Source: Candidatus Nomurabacteria bacterium (GTDB lineage: Bacteria; Patescibacteriota; Minisyncoccia; Phycocordibacterales; UBA5272). Taken from it: a stretch of DNA of 64,000 nucleotides. Location of the stretch: contig JBAXSC010000003.1 in NCBI GenBank assembly GCA_037130925.1, positions 18,712 through 82,711 on the forward strand. The letters are read 5' to 3'. Position numbers and translations under genes: made by a program. Every line of letters begins with the position of its first letter. The stretch's first letter is position 1. Below are positions 28,530 through 35,548 of the stretch, piece by piece. A model generated the notes under the pieces. The model worked only from the letters and a program-made list of their open reading frames with translations, had not been told where the DNA came from and did not search any database.

Positions 28530-28545
28530 TAAACAAATTGTTTAT
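28530..28545. promoter_or_regulatory. Palindromic operator-like site, copy 2
   Basis: TAAACAA-A-TTGTTTA perfect 7-1-7 palindrome in the divergent yhhQ / wHTH intergenic region. Confidence 0.45.
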
Positions 28546-28560
28546 TTTTTGATGTTTCTC

Positions 28561-28570
28561 GTGATATAAT
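28561..28570 (+). promoter_or_regulatory. Extended -10 promoter giving a leaderless mRNA
   Basis: GTGATATAAT; the -10 ends 6 nt before the ATG at 28577. Confidence 0.55.
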
Positions 28571-28576
28571 TTTATT

Positions 28577-29425
28577 ATGAAAAAAGATTTAAACTTAAAT
28601 AAAAAGCCTATTGAAGATCTATTATTAAACATTTTACAAAAGGGTCCTATTTTGATTTCGGATTTGATATATAGTCTTTCTAAAGAAAGAGGAAATACTA
28701 CAAAGCAGGGAGTTTATAGAGTTTTAAGAAAATTAAATAACGAAGAAAAAATAGTTATTAATAAAAAACAAGTTTCTTTAAATTTGCATTTTATTAAGAA
28801 AATGAATAATTTTTTCTCTTTGGCACAATATTTTTATATTTCAGATCTTTCTAATTCAAATGACTTTTTGTGGCTTCAAGATTCAGAAAAAATATCTTAT
28901 TATTTTAAAAATTTGAATTTGTTAGATGCTTTTTGGTCTCATGTTTTTTACATGTTGAATGAAAGTATAAATATAGAAGAACCTGTGTTTTTTTATATGC
29001 CACACAATTGGTTTTATTATGTTAGACAAGATACAGAAGAGGTTATTTTAAAAGATTTACAAGAAAAGCCTAGACCTGTATATTTAACTATTTTTAATAA
29101 TAGTCCTTTAGATAAGGATTCTCAAATAAGTTATAGAAAAAATAATATACAATGTAATATTATTTCTAAAAATTTTTTTGATAAGAAAGATTTTTATTTT
29201 AGTGTTATGGGTGATTATATTTTAGAGACTCCGGTAGATTTGAATATCGTCAAAGATATTAATAAGTTTTTCGAAAATACTAAAGTTTTTGATGAGAAAG
29301 CAAAATTAGAATTATTATCTATAGTTTCAAAAAATGGAAGGAATAAACTGATTATATCTAGGAATAAAAAGAAAGCAGAAGAATATAGAAAAATATTGAG
29401 TAAAGACTTTTTTATTAAGAAATAA
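28577..29425 (+). CDS. Putative transcription regulator with N-terminal winged helix
   Basis: LLLNILQKGPILISDLIYSLSKERGNTTKQGVYRVLRKLNNEEKIV resembles wHTH (MarR/TrmB-like) domains. Confidence 0.4.
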   Translation: MKKDLNLNKKPIEDLLLNILQKGPILISDLIYSLSKERGNTTKQGVYRVLRKLNNEEKIVINKKQVSLNLHFIKKMNNFFSLAQYFYISDLSNSNDFLWLQDSEKISYYFKNLNLLDAFWSHVFYMLNESINIEEPVFFYMPHNWFYYVRQDTEEVILKDLQEKPRPVYLTIFNNSPLDKDSQISYRKNNIQCNIISKNFFDKKDFYFSVMGDYILETPVDLNIVKDINKFFENTKVFDEKAKLELLSIVSKNGRNKLIISRNKKKAEEYRKILSKDFFIKK

Positions 29426-29532
29426 TTCTTTTGTTAAGAGAATTTAACATAAAAATTTGACTCTATTATATTTAATATGTTATAAAAAGAGTACTTAAAT
29501 ATAAGTAATCTTTTTTAATTAAAATTTCAGTA

Positions 29533-30036
29533 ATGAGTGTAGTAAAAATTAAAGTATCGTTCTTTCTATTTGTTTTTTTAGTTTTCTTTTCTTTGAATTT
29601 ATATTCAATGAACATTTCAGTTTCTAATTTTAAAAAATTAATCGATATTAGCCAAAAGGCTCATAATCTTGATAATTATTTTAGAAAAAGGCATATGCCT
29701 TTAGCTGGACATGGAATGAAGTTTGTACTAGTTGCTGAGAAGTATAATTTATCTTATAGTTTTTTACCTTCTATTTCTATAATAGAAAGTACAGGAGGAA
29801 AAAAATCTTTTTATTGTAATCCTTTTGGATTTGGAAGGAAAAGATTTACTTCTTATGATGAAGCTATAGAGTATGTTGCTCAGACTTTGTCTGAACACAA
29901 ATATTACAAAGGTAAGTCTCTTTATCAAAAATTGTCTGTATATAATTGTTGTGATAAACATTATAAACAGAAGATTTTTGAAACAATGCAAAAAATTGAA
30001 AACGAAAAAACAAAGGAACCTGCACATGAAGTGTAG
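29533..30036 (+). CDS. Secreted glucosaminidase (GH73)-like peptidoglycan hydrolase
   Basis: Signal/anchor; PLAGHGMKFVLVAEKYNLSYSFLPSISIIESTGGK...NPFGFG; paralogue of 48650-49234. Confidence 0.45.
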   Translation: MSVVKIKVSFFLFVFLVFFSLNLYSMNISVSNFKKLIDISQKAHNLDNYFRKRHMPLAGHGMKFVLVAEKYNLSYSFLPSISIIESTGGKKSFYCNPFGFGRKRFTSYDEAIEYVAQTLSEHKYYKGKSLYQKLSVYNCCDKHYKQKIFETMQKIENEKTKEPAHEV

Positions 30037-30081
30037 GTTTTCTGTTTTTATATTATTAATGATAAGATAATTATAATTAAT

Positions 30082-30561
30082 ATGAAAAAACTTAATATAA
30101 TTTCAACTTCAAAAGATTCAACTTCAAAGATTTTAAGTAATTTATCACATACTCCATTTATTTATGGAGGTTATTCTTTTTATTCAGTTGAGTCTGCTTT
30201 ACAGGGTATTAAATTTGAAGATCATAAGGAAAGACTAAAAGTGTTTAAAATGAAAGGCTTAGATGCTTTAAAGGCTGGTAGAAAATTGAATGAAAATAGT
30301 AAAGGTAAAAGATATGTTTATTGGGACGATAAAAGAATTTTATATAATTCTGACTCCCACAGACTTTTAATATCTACTTTTATAAGAGAGAAAGTTAGGC
30401 AAAATTTAAGTGTGCAAAAAGCTTTAATAAGTACAGAAAATTTCTTTATATATCATGATGCTGGAATTGAAAATAAAAAAACTTCTTTACCAGAAAGGTT
30501 ATTTATTGAAATTTTATTATCTGAAAGAAAAATACTTTTAAAATTGAAAAGTTTAAAATAA
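30082..30561 (+). CDS. NADAR (YbiA/DUF1768)-like protein
   Basis: LSNLSHTPFIYGGYSFYSVESALQGIKF matches the NADAR N-terminal signature. Confidence 0.5.
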   Translation: MKKLNIISTSKDSTSKILSNLSHTPFIYGGYSFYSVESALQGIKFEDHKERLKVFKMKGLDALKAGRKLNENSKGKRYVYWDDKRILYNSDSHRLLISTFIREKVRQNLSVQKALISTENFFIYHDAGIENKKTSLPERLFIEILLSERKILLKLKSLK

Positions 30562-30567
30562 AAATTT

Positions 30568-31041
30568 ATGAAATTTCAAATCATTACAATCGGTAAAAAA
30601 CATGATAAAAATCTAGAAGATTTTATTCAAGACTTTGAAAAGAGAATCAAAGCTAATTTTGATTTTGAATGGTCTATTTTAAAAAGTGAAGATGATAATA
30701 ATAAAGAAGTGCAGATCAAAAAAGAAAGTGAAAAGATTTTGGAATTTTTACAAAAGAATAATAAAAATAGTTTTGTGATTTTGCTTGATGAAAAAGGTAA
30801 AGAAAAAACCACAAAAGAAATTTCAAATCTTTTTGAAGAAAAAATGAATGAAGGAATAGAGAAGATTATTTTTATAATTGGTGGAGCTTTTGGTGTGTCA
30901 GAAGACATTTTTAAAAAAGGGGATTTGGTTTTAGGTTTGTCTAAGTTAACCCTTCCTCATCAATTGGTCCGTGCATTATTAACTGAGCAAATATATAGGG
31001 CTATTTCTATTTTAAAAAATGGAAAATATCATCATGAATAA
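30568..31041 (+). CDS. rlmH: 23S rRNA (pseudouridine1915-N3)-methyltransferase
   Basis: 157-aa SPOUT fold, IFIIGGAFGVSEDI ... LSKLTLPHQLVRALLTEQIYRA. Confidence 0.85.
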   Translation: MKFQIITIGKKHDKNLEDFIQDFEKRIKANFDFEWSILKSEDDNNKEVQIKKESEKILEFLQKNNKNSFVILLDEKGKEKTTKEISNLFEEKMNEGIEKIIFIIGGAFGVSEDIFKKGDLVLGLSKLTLPHQLVRALLTEQIYRAISILKNGKYHHE

Positions 31042-31065
31042 TAGTCTTGATTTTAGTTTTTATTG

Positions 31066-31074
31066 TGATAGTAT
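31066..31074 (+). promoter_or_regulatory. Extended -10 promoter, TGATAGTAT
   Basis: Part of the 17-mer ATTGTGATAGTATTTAT (31062-31078) that is repeated at 31475-31491. Confidence 0.5.
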
Positions 31075-31119
31075 TTATTAGGTATCTTATTTTATTTTAC
31101 ATTTTTAAATTTTAAAAAC

Positions 31120-31389
31120 ATGCCGCTTCGTACAGACGATTGTGATCTTCGTGATGTGTCATTTAATATGAGTCATGGTGGAAATGGGGATTTTTATGCA
31201 ACTTTGACAGAGTATCCAAACGACGAATTACCTTCTGGAGCAAAAGAATTTAAACAAATTCATTATAGAATGAGTATGTCAGGAGGATTTGCTACTAGAT
31301 ATCCGGAAGTAAAAAATGCTTTTGTTGCTTTGTATAGAGCTATGGAAGCTGCAGGACTGAATGAATTTCCTTCAGGACCATCAAAGTAA
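31120..31389 (+). CDS. Hypothetical protein (G+C-richer orphan)
   Basis: 89-aa ORF with its own promoter and terminator; codon composition visibly less AT-biased than its neighbours. Confidence 0.45.
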   Translation: MPLRTDDCDLRDVSFNMSHGGNGDFYATLTEYPNDELPSGAKEFKQIHYRMSMSGGFATRYPEVKNAFVALYRAMEAAGLNEFPSGPSK

Positions 31390-31410
31390 AATATTTTTTA
31401 CCACATTACT

Positions 31411-31437
31411 AAAATCCCAGAAATGGGATTTTTTTAT
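31411..31437 (+). terminator. Intrinsic terminator
   Basis: AAAATCCCA-GAAA-TGGGATTTT followed by a T-run. Confidence 0.8.
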
Positions 31438-31459
31438 ATTATATATAAAAATAATATAT

Positions 31460-31487
31460 TTGACACAATTATTAATTGTGATAGTAT
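31460..31487 (+). promoter_or_regulatory. Sigma70-type promoter
   Basis: TTGACA (31460-31465), 16-nt spacer, TGaTAGTAT (-10 at 31482-31487). Confidence 0.6.
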
Positions 31488-31530
31488 TTATCTGTTAACA
31501 AAATTTGTTCATTCATAAATATTATTAAAA

Positions 31531-32178
31531 ATGGAAATATTTAATTTTAAGCAATCTATTTTATCTGCTGGTGGAAATCCGGAATCTTGTAAGTATATAT
31601 CCAAAGAAGATTTGGATATCTTAGTAAAAAAGGCTATTTATATCAAAAATAGGAGAGATAAATTTCCTTCTTTTGATGTTATTCCTGTTAATTCTTTAGA
31701 GGAAGGAATTGAACTATGTAATTTCCAAGAAGTTCATAAAAATCGATTTTTGGATGGTTTGAAAATTTTTAGAAAAGATAAAAAATTAAAACCAAAGAAA
31801 ATAATTTTAGGTTCTTTCACTGAGTATGATAAGTCTGTAAATGGAGGGTTGAATAAAATATTCGCAGACTATAAGCTCAAGATGGTTGAAAATTACGCGT
31901 ATTATTTTTTAGGTCTAATGATTTTAGATGCTAAAAAACGCAAAGTTGCAAATGCTTGCAGAGATTTTTATTTAAAGGATTACAATGATACAATTTCTGA
32001 ATTTGAGATTTTTTTAAATTCTTCAGAAGAAAAACCTTGTTCTAAAGGTGTTAGATTTATAGGAATTTCTAAAAAAAATGACTGGAAAGAATTAAATACT
32101 TTTAGTTTATTAGATTCTACTACGTTATTACCCAGGATTCAGAGACGTCATTTTTATATGTTAGAAGAAGACGTTTAA
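31531..32178 (+). CDS. Hypothetical protein
   Basis: 215-aa ORF flanked by a promoter and a terminator; no recognisable motif. Confidence 0.45.
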   Translation: MEIFNFKQSILSAGGNPESCKYISKEDLDILVKKAIYIKNRRDKFPSFDVIPVNSLEEGIELCNFQEVHKNRFLDGLKIFRKDKKLKPKKIILGSFTEYDKSVNGGLNKIFADYKLKMVENYAYYFLGLMILDAKKRKVANACRDFYLKDYNDTISEFEIFLNSSEEKPCSKGVRFIGISKKNDWKELNTFSLLDSTTLLPRIQRRHFYMLEEDV

Positions 32179-32197
32179 AAAGATTGTAATTCAGTTT

Positions 32198-32241
32198 AAG
32201 ATCCATAGACTATTAACTATATAGCACTAGGATCTTTTTTT
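32198..32241 (+). terminator. Intrinsic terminator (large loop)
   Basis: AAGATCC (32198-32204) pairs with GGATCTT (32230-32236), followed by T7. Confidence 0.5.
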
Positions 32242-32249
32242 ATTTATTA

Positions 32250-32258
32250 TGTTATAAT
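32250..32258 (+). promoter_or_regulatory. Extended -10 promoter, TGTTATAAT
   Basis: 26 nt upstream of the ATG at 32285. Confidence 0.55.
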
Positions 32259-32284
32259 TTCTTTCCTTAATTGTAACTATATAT

Positions 32285-32533
32285 ATGAAGAAAGAAGAAT
32301 TAAATAAAATAATAGCAGACCTCGAAAGAATAAGAGATGTAAATAATGCTGACAATCACGATAAAATCGAAGTTGCTGACACAATTGCAAGAATTAAATT
32401 AGATCAAGAATTAAGTGAGTCAAACAGAGAGTCTTCTCGTAGAATGTTTAGATTTACACAATGGATAATGCTCGCAACTGTGGTACAAGCTCTCGCTGTC
32501 GTGCTTCAGACATATATTGCTTATAAAAGGTAA
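32285..32533 (+). CDS. Small tail-anchored protein
   Basis: 82 aa, charged helical N-terminus, C-terminal TM WIMLATVVQALAVVLQTYIAY. Confidence 0.4.
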   Translation: MKKEELNKIIADLERIRDVNNADNHDKIEVADTIARIKLDQELSESNRESSRRMFRFTQWIMLATVVQALAVVLQTYIAYKR

Positions 32534-32544
32534 TCTGTTTTAAT

Positions 32545-32575
32545 AAAACGCCTCAATATTGAGGCGTTTTATTTT
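32545..32575 (+). terminator. Intrinsic terminator
   Basis: AAAACGCCTC-AATATT-GAGGCGTTTT. Confidence 0.85.
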
Positions 32576-32601
32576 GACATAATTCTGTTTTATGTTAATA
32601 T
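32574..32601 (+). promoter_or_regulatory. Sigma70-type promoter
   Basis: TTGACA (32574-32579), 16-nt spacer, TGtTAATAT. Confidence 0.6.
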
Positions 32602-32649
32602 TATATAGCTAAAAAACGTTCTTTTTATTAACTTATAAAACATTAAATT

Positions 32650-33081
32650 ATGCAAATGGTGGAAGCGAAAAAAACAGGCTTTACTATTAAAAGTGTCGAA
32701 AGTCTTTCTATTTTTAAATTAATAGAAAGTGAAGATGATTCTCCTGTAGATAGAGGATTTTTAAATAGATTCTTACTTAGGAAATGTAATATTTCACAGA
32801 GGAAATATTTAAGAATAAAAAATCAATACATTTATGAGTCTGGTTTTCCTGAAAAGGAATTTCATCATTCTTTATTAGATCACCTAATTTTTGATTCTTG
32901 TGTAGAAACATTTTCTGATGATTTTTCTACACAATTTCTTATTTTAAATTTCATGGAAATCTCAAAAATAGATGATTTTAATGAATTTTTAGATGAAATC
33001 GTAGACTTAAATCTAAAATGGAAAGGTATAGTAGAATTAACTATTGTTGATTCTCTATTTTTTTCATTTAAATTTATTTAA
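32650..33081 (+). CDS. Hypothetical protein
   Basis: 143-aa ORF flanked by a promoter and a terminator. Confidence 0.4.
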   Translation: MQMVEAKKTGFTIKSVESLSIFKLIESEDDSPVDRGFLNRFLLRKCNISQRKYLRIKNQYIYESGFPEKEFHHSLLDHLIFDSCVETFSDDFSTQFLILNFMEISKIDDFNEFLDEIVDLNLKWKGIVELTIVDSLFFSFKFI

Positions 33082-33106
33082 ATTTAAATGTTTTTGTTAA
33101 TTTTTT

Positions 33107-33153
33107 AAACCCATTAATTATCTTTAAAATATGATTAATGGGTTTATTTTTTT
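33107..33153. terminator. Bidirectional terminator
   Basis: 12-bp stem AAACCCATTAAT / ATTAATGGGTTT followed by T-run; between convergent genes. Confidence 0.7.
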
Positions 33154-33248
33154 TACAGAATATTTAATTTATATATGTTGCAATATTAATATTTTAATTT
33201 TATTAATAGGACTAATTTAGAAAAATAAAAACAAAAATTACACAAAAA

Positions 33249-33725
33249 TTACCAATTTTTAAATGGATTTTCTATAAGCTTCGCATTTTTATATCTACTG
33301 TCATAAGTAACTTCCTCTCCTAGCCATTCAGGTTTTTCAAAATTTTCATCTTCTGATTTTAATTCTATTTCTGCTATAATCAAGCCTTCATTTTCTTCAT
33401 GAAAAATATCTATTTCCCATTTTTGTTCAGAATTTTTGATTGGGACTATGTATCTTGTTTTAGATATTATTTTATTATCACAAAATTCAGATAAAAATAT
33501 TTTTCCATCATTTAATGGAATCTCATATTCAAATTCTGAATGAGAAAAAGAGTTTTTATTTCCGCCTTTAATAGTCAGGAAAGCCTTATCTGAAGAAGTT
33601 CGTACTCGTATTGTTTTGTTTTTATCATTATTTAAATATCCTTGTGTATATAAAGTTTCTTTAGTTGTAAACTTTTTCCAGTTGTTATTCTTTAAAAGAA
33701 ATTTTCTTTCTATTTCTAAATTCAT
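33249..33725 (-). CDS. CYTH-domain protein (CyaB/ThTPase-type triphosphate tunnel metalloenzyme)
   Basis: N-terminal MNLEIERKFLL (the EXEXK signature) and a 158-aa beta-tunnel-sized product. Confidence 0.8.
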   Translation of the reverse strand: MNLEIERKFLLKNNNWKKFTTKETLYTQGYLNNDKNKTIRVRTSSDKAFLTIKGGNKNSFSHSEFEYEIPLNDGKIFLSEFCDNKIISKTRYIVPIKNSEQKWEIDIFHEENEGLIIAEIELKSEDENFEKPEWLGEEVTYDSRYKNAKLIENPFKNW

Positions 33726-33730
33726 ATATT

Positions 33731-33739
33731 TGTGGGCGA
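33731..33739. repeat. Left copy of the 9-bp att core TGTGGGCGA
   Basis: Identical to 40672-40680 (antisense of the tRNA-Val 3' end); lies 5 nt from the CYTH start codon. Confidence 0.55.
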
Positions 33740-33943
33740 AATGGTTTTTGATTGGAACATTATGGAAATGGAGATTTTAAGATGGAAAAGGATTTTATCT
33801 TTTCATCCAAAGAGATTAAAAGTCTTAAATATATCAATAAAAAGTAATAATTCTTGATATTTTATTCTACGATTAAGTAATAGAAATATAAGAGTTAGAA
33901 AAAGAATGTATCATTTTTTAAATGATTTTATATATTTTGTTAT

Positions 33944-33973
33944 GTGACATATTAATGATTAATATGGTATAAT
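33944..33973 (+). promoter_or_regulatory. Strong promoter of the structured RNA
   Basis: GTGACA, 18-nt spacer, TGgTATAAT (-10 at 33968-33973). Confidence 0.65.
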
Positions 33974-33979
33974 CATTGT

Positions 33980-34122
33980 GCCCAAAAACCAAATAATGAA
34001 GATAGTATAAGAGCTTAATAGCTAGCTATTGATTCTGACCAGTATAGGCATTCTATGAGGAACAGAATCAGTAGTCTATCTATTGGTTTTTGGGCACCTT
34101 ATGGGGTGCCTGTTTTGTTTTT
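33980..34122 (+). ncRNA. Candidate structured RNA of unknown class (stand-alone sRNA or cis-regulatory leader)
   Basis: 15-bp perfect closing helix (33978-33992 / 34083-34097). It encloses the palindromic hairpin AATAGCTAGCTATT (34017-34030). It also encloses an 8-bp helix (34030-34037 / 34063-34070) with a nested 5-bp hairpin. A GC-rich terminator follows immediately. Confidence 0.5.
34092..34122 (+). terminator. Intrinsic terminator overlapping the 3' arm of the RNA closing helix
   Basis: GGCACC (34093-34098) pairs with GGTGCC (34105-34110), 6-nt loop, then TGTTTTGTTTTT. Confidence 0.75.
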
Positions 34123-34165
34123 ATACAGAGCACTATTTATTCAAATAAATTTTAATATTAAAAAT

Positions 34166-34489
34166 ATGGACATAGATGGTATATCAAACTTTCTGGTAGG
34201 TATTGTAATTTTTATTTTGGTTTTAGGTCTTTACTTTTTACCAACTATAACAGCTATGCGTCGTAAAAAGAAAAATGATGGTGTTATTTTGCTTATAAAT
34301 CTTTTGGTTGGTTGGACCGTTGTTGGTTGGTTGATTGCTTTAGTTATGGCAACTAGTGAACCGTCAGTAGTTGTTAATACTTCAGGGAGTATGGCTGATG
34401 AGTTAGAAAAACTTCATAATTTAAAAGAGAAAGGAATTTTGTCAGAGAAAGAATTTGAGCAAAAGAAAGCGTCACTTATTAATAAGTAA
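34166..34489 (+). CDS. Superinfection-immunity (T4 Imm-like) membrane protein with C-terminal SHOCT domain
   Basis: Start moved to the ATG at 34166 because the upstream part of the track ORF is the RNA structure. YFLPTITAMRRKKKNDGVILLINLLVGWTVVGWLIALVMA matches the Imm_superinfect pattern. ELEKLHNLKEKGILSEKEFEQKKASLI is SHOCT-like. Confidence 0.7.
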   Translation: MDIDGISNFLVGIVIFILVLGLYFLPTITAMRRKKKNDGVILLINLLVGWTVVGWLIALVMATSEPSVVVNTSGSMADELEKLHNLKEKGILSEKEFEQKKASLINK

Positions 34490-34493
34490 TTGT

Positions 34494-35441
34494 ATGTATT
34501 TATTAAGATTAAATAAAATTCAAGTATATATTAAAGTTTTACTTATAATCTTTCTGTTTCCTCTTTTATTTTTATTTCCATTAGGGACTATAATATATAT
34601 TTTGCTTTTAATAATATTCACATCTAACAAATTTTGTGTCTCTATTGATAGTTTTTTAGAGGATAAAATTTATTCTTCTGGCTTCTTTAAAAAAAGTAAA
34701 GGAATCAATATTTATAAAGAAACATTAATAAATTATTTAGAAGATGGAGAATTGTCTAGTGAAGAAAAAGAAAAATTAAATAATATTATTCAAGAATATA
34801 ATTTATCTGATAAGGATATTGAAAAATGTAAAAATATTGGTTTTAATTCATTTTTTACAAATATAACTTCCGATAGAAGAATAAGTGAAGATGAAAGATT
34901 AAAACTTATAAAAATCCAAGAGGATTTAGGGGTAAATATAGAGGATACAAATTACAGTCAGGAAATTTTTAATAAATATTACTCACTAAATCAGATAGAG
35001 GATGGAATATTACCTAAAGTTAATATTGAAAATAGTCAATTAGGTTTTTCTTTACAAAAAGGCGAAGAACTTTATTATGTAAGTAGGGCTTTTATTATAA
35101 AAAATAAATTAATTACACAAAGAATTAATTATAGCGGAATGACTGGTTCTATAAAAATAATGAAAGGGCTCAGATATAAGGTTGGAAGTATAAAAGTTCA
35201 GCCGGTAAAAATAGAGACTTTAGCAGTAGAAGATAGTGGTGTTATTTATTTATCCTCTTCAGGTTTCCATTATTTAGGAATTAAAAAACATTTTGATTTT
35301 CCTTATACAAAAATAAGTCACTTAGAGATAAGAGATGGAGTATTATATTTATATAAACAAGGTAAAGAAGCTCCTTTTATGATTTCTATGAGTGATTATG
35401 AAGTATCTTTGGCGGTAATTTCTTTCATGTTGAATAAATAG
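34494..35441 (+). CDS. Membrane protein with TerB-like helical repeats and C-terminal bacterial PH-like domain
   Basis: First ATG is 5 nt after the upstream stop. Two N-terminal TM helices. Repeats DGELSSEEKEKLNNIIQEYNLSDKDIEK and RISEDERLKLIKIQEDLGVNIED. C-terminal beta-rich segment GVIYLSSSGFHYLG...ISHLEIRDGVLYLYKQG. Confidence 0.4.
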   Translation: MYLLRLNKIQVYIKVLLIIFLFPLLFLFPLGTIIYILLLIIFTSNKFCVSIDSFLEDKIYSSGFFKKSKGINIYKETLINYLEDGELSSEEKEKLNNIIQEYNLSDKDIEKCKNIGFNSFFTNITSDRRISEDERLKLIKIQEDLGVNIEDTNYSQEIFNKYYSLNQIEDGILPKVNIENSQLGFSLQKGEELYYVSRAFIIKNKLITQRINYSGMTGSIKIMKGLRYKVGSIKVQPVKIETLAVEDSGVIYLSSSGFHYLGIKKHFDFPYTKISHLEIRDGVLYLYKQGKEAPFMISMSDYEVSLAVISFMLNK

Positions 35442-35500
35442 TATTTAGTTATTATTTGTATTTTAAATTTAAGTATATTAATCACTGTATTTTTTTATTA

Positions 35501-35530
35501 TTGCTCATATTTTTTGAATTATGATATAAT
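35501..35530 (+). promoter_or_regulatory. Promoter of the protease cassette
   Basis: TTGCTC, 18-nt spacer, TATGATATAAT (35520-35530), the same 11-mer used by chromosomal genes. Confidence 0.6.
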
Positions 35531-35548
35531 CTTTTCATAGTATATTTT

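Noticed and set aside
30072-30084. TATAATTAATATG shared by the starts at 30082 and 47182, as further leaderless promoters
   Set aside because: The -10 would end only 4 nt before the ATG, which is too close for a normal transcription start. Alternative upstream -10 boxes exist, so I did not count these as leaderless.
33741-33857. 38-codon ORF (MVFDWNIMEMEILRW...) as an independent gene
   Set aside because: There is no promoter or other support for it as a stand-alone gene. It is more interesting as the in-frame continuation of the recombinase ORF in the circularised form (see findings).
33978-34097. Possibility that the structured RNA is the SRP (4.5S) RNA
   Set aside because: ACCAGUAUAGG...GAGGAACAG is superficially similar to the SRP helix 8 strands ACCAGGUCAGG...GGAAGCAG. 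However, there is no GNRA-capped helix between them and the pairing does not reproduce the symmetric and asymmetric loops. The location inside an accessory insertion also argues against it. This should still be excluded with cmscan.
34055-34165. N-terminal 37 codons of the track ORF 34055-34489 (MRNRISSLSIGFWAPYGVPVLFLYRALFIQINFNIKN)
   Set aside because: This stretch coincides with the inner helix, the 3' arm of the 15-bp closing helix and the terminator of the structured RNA. The conserved Imm-like sequence starts only at the ATG at 34166. I treat it as non-coding.
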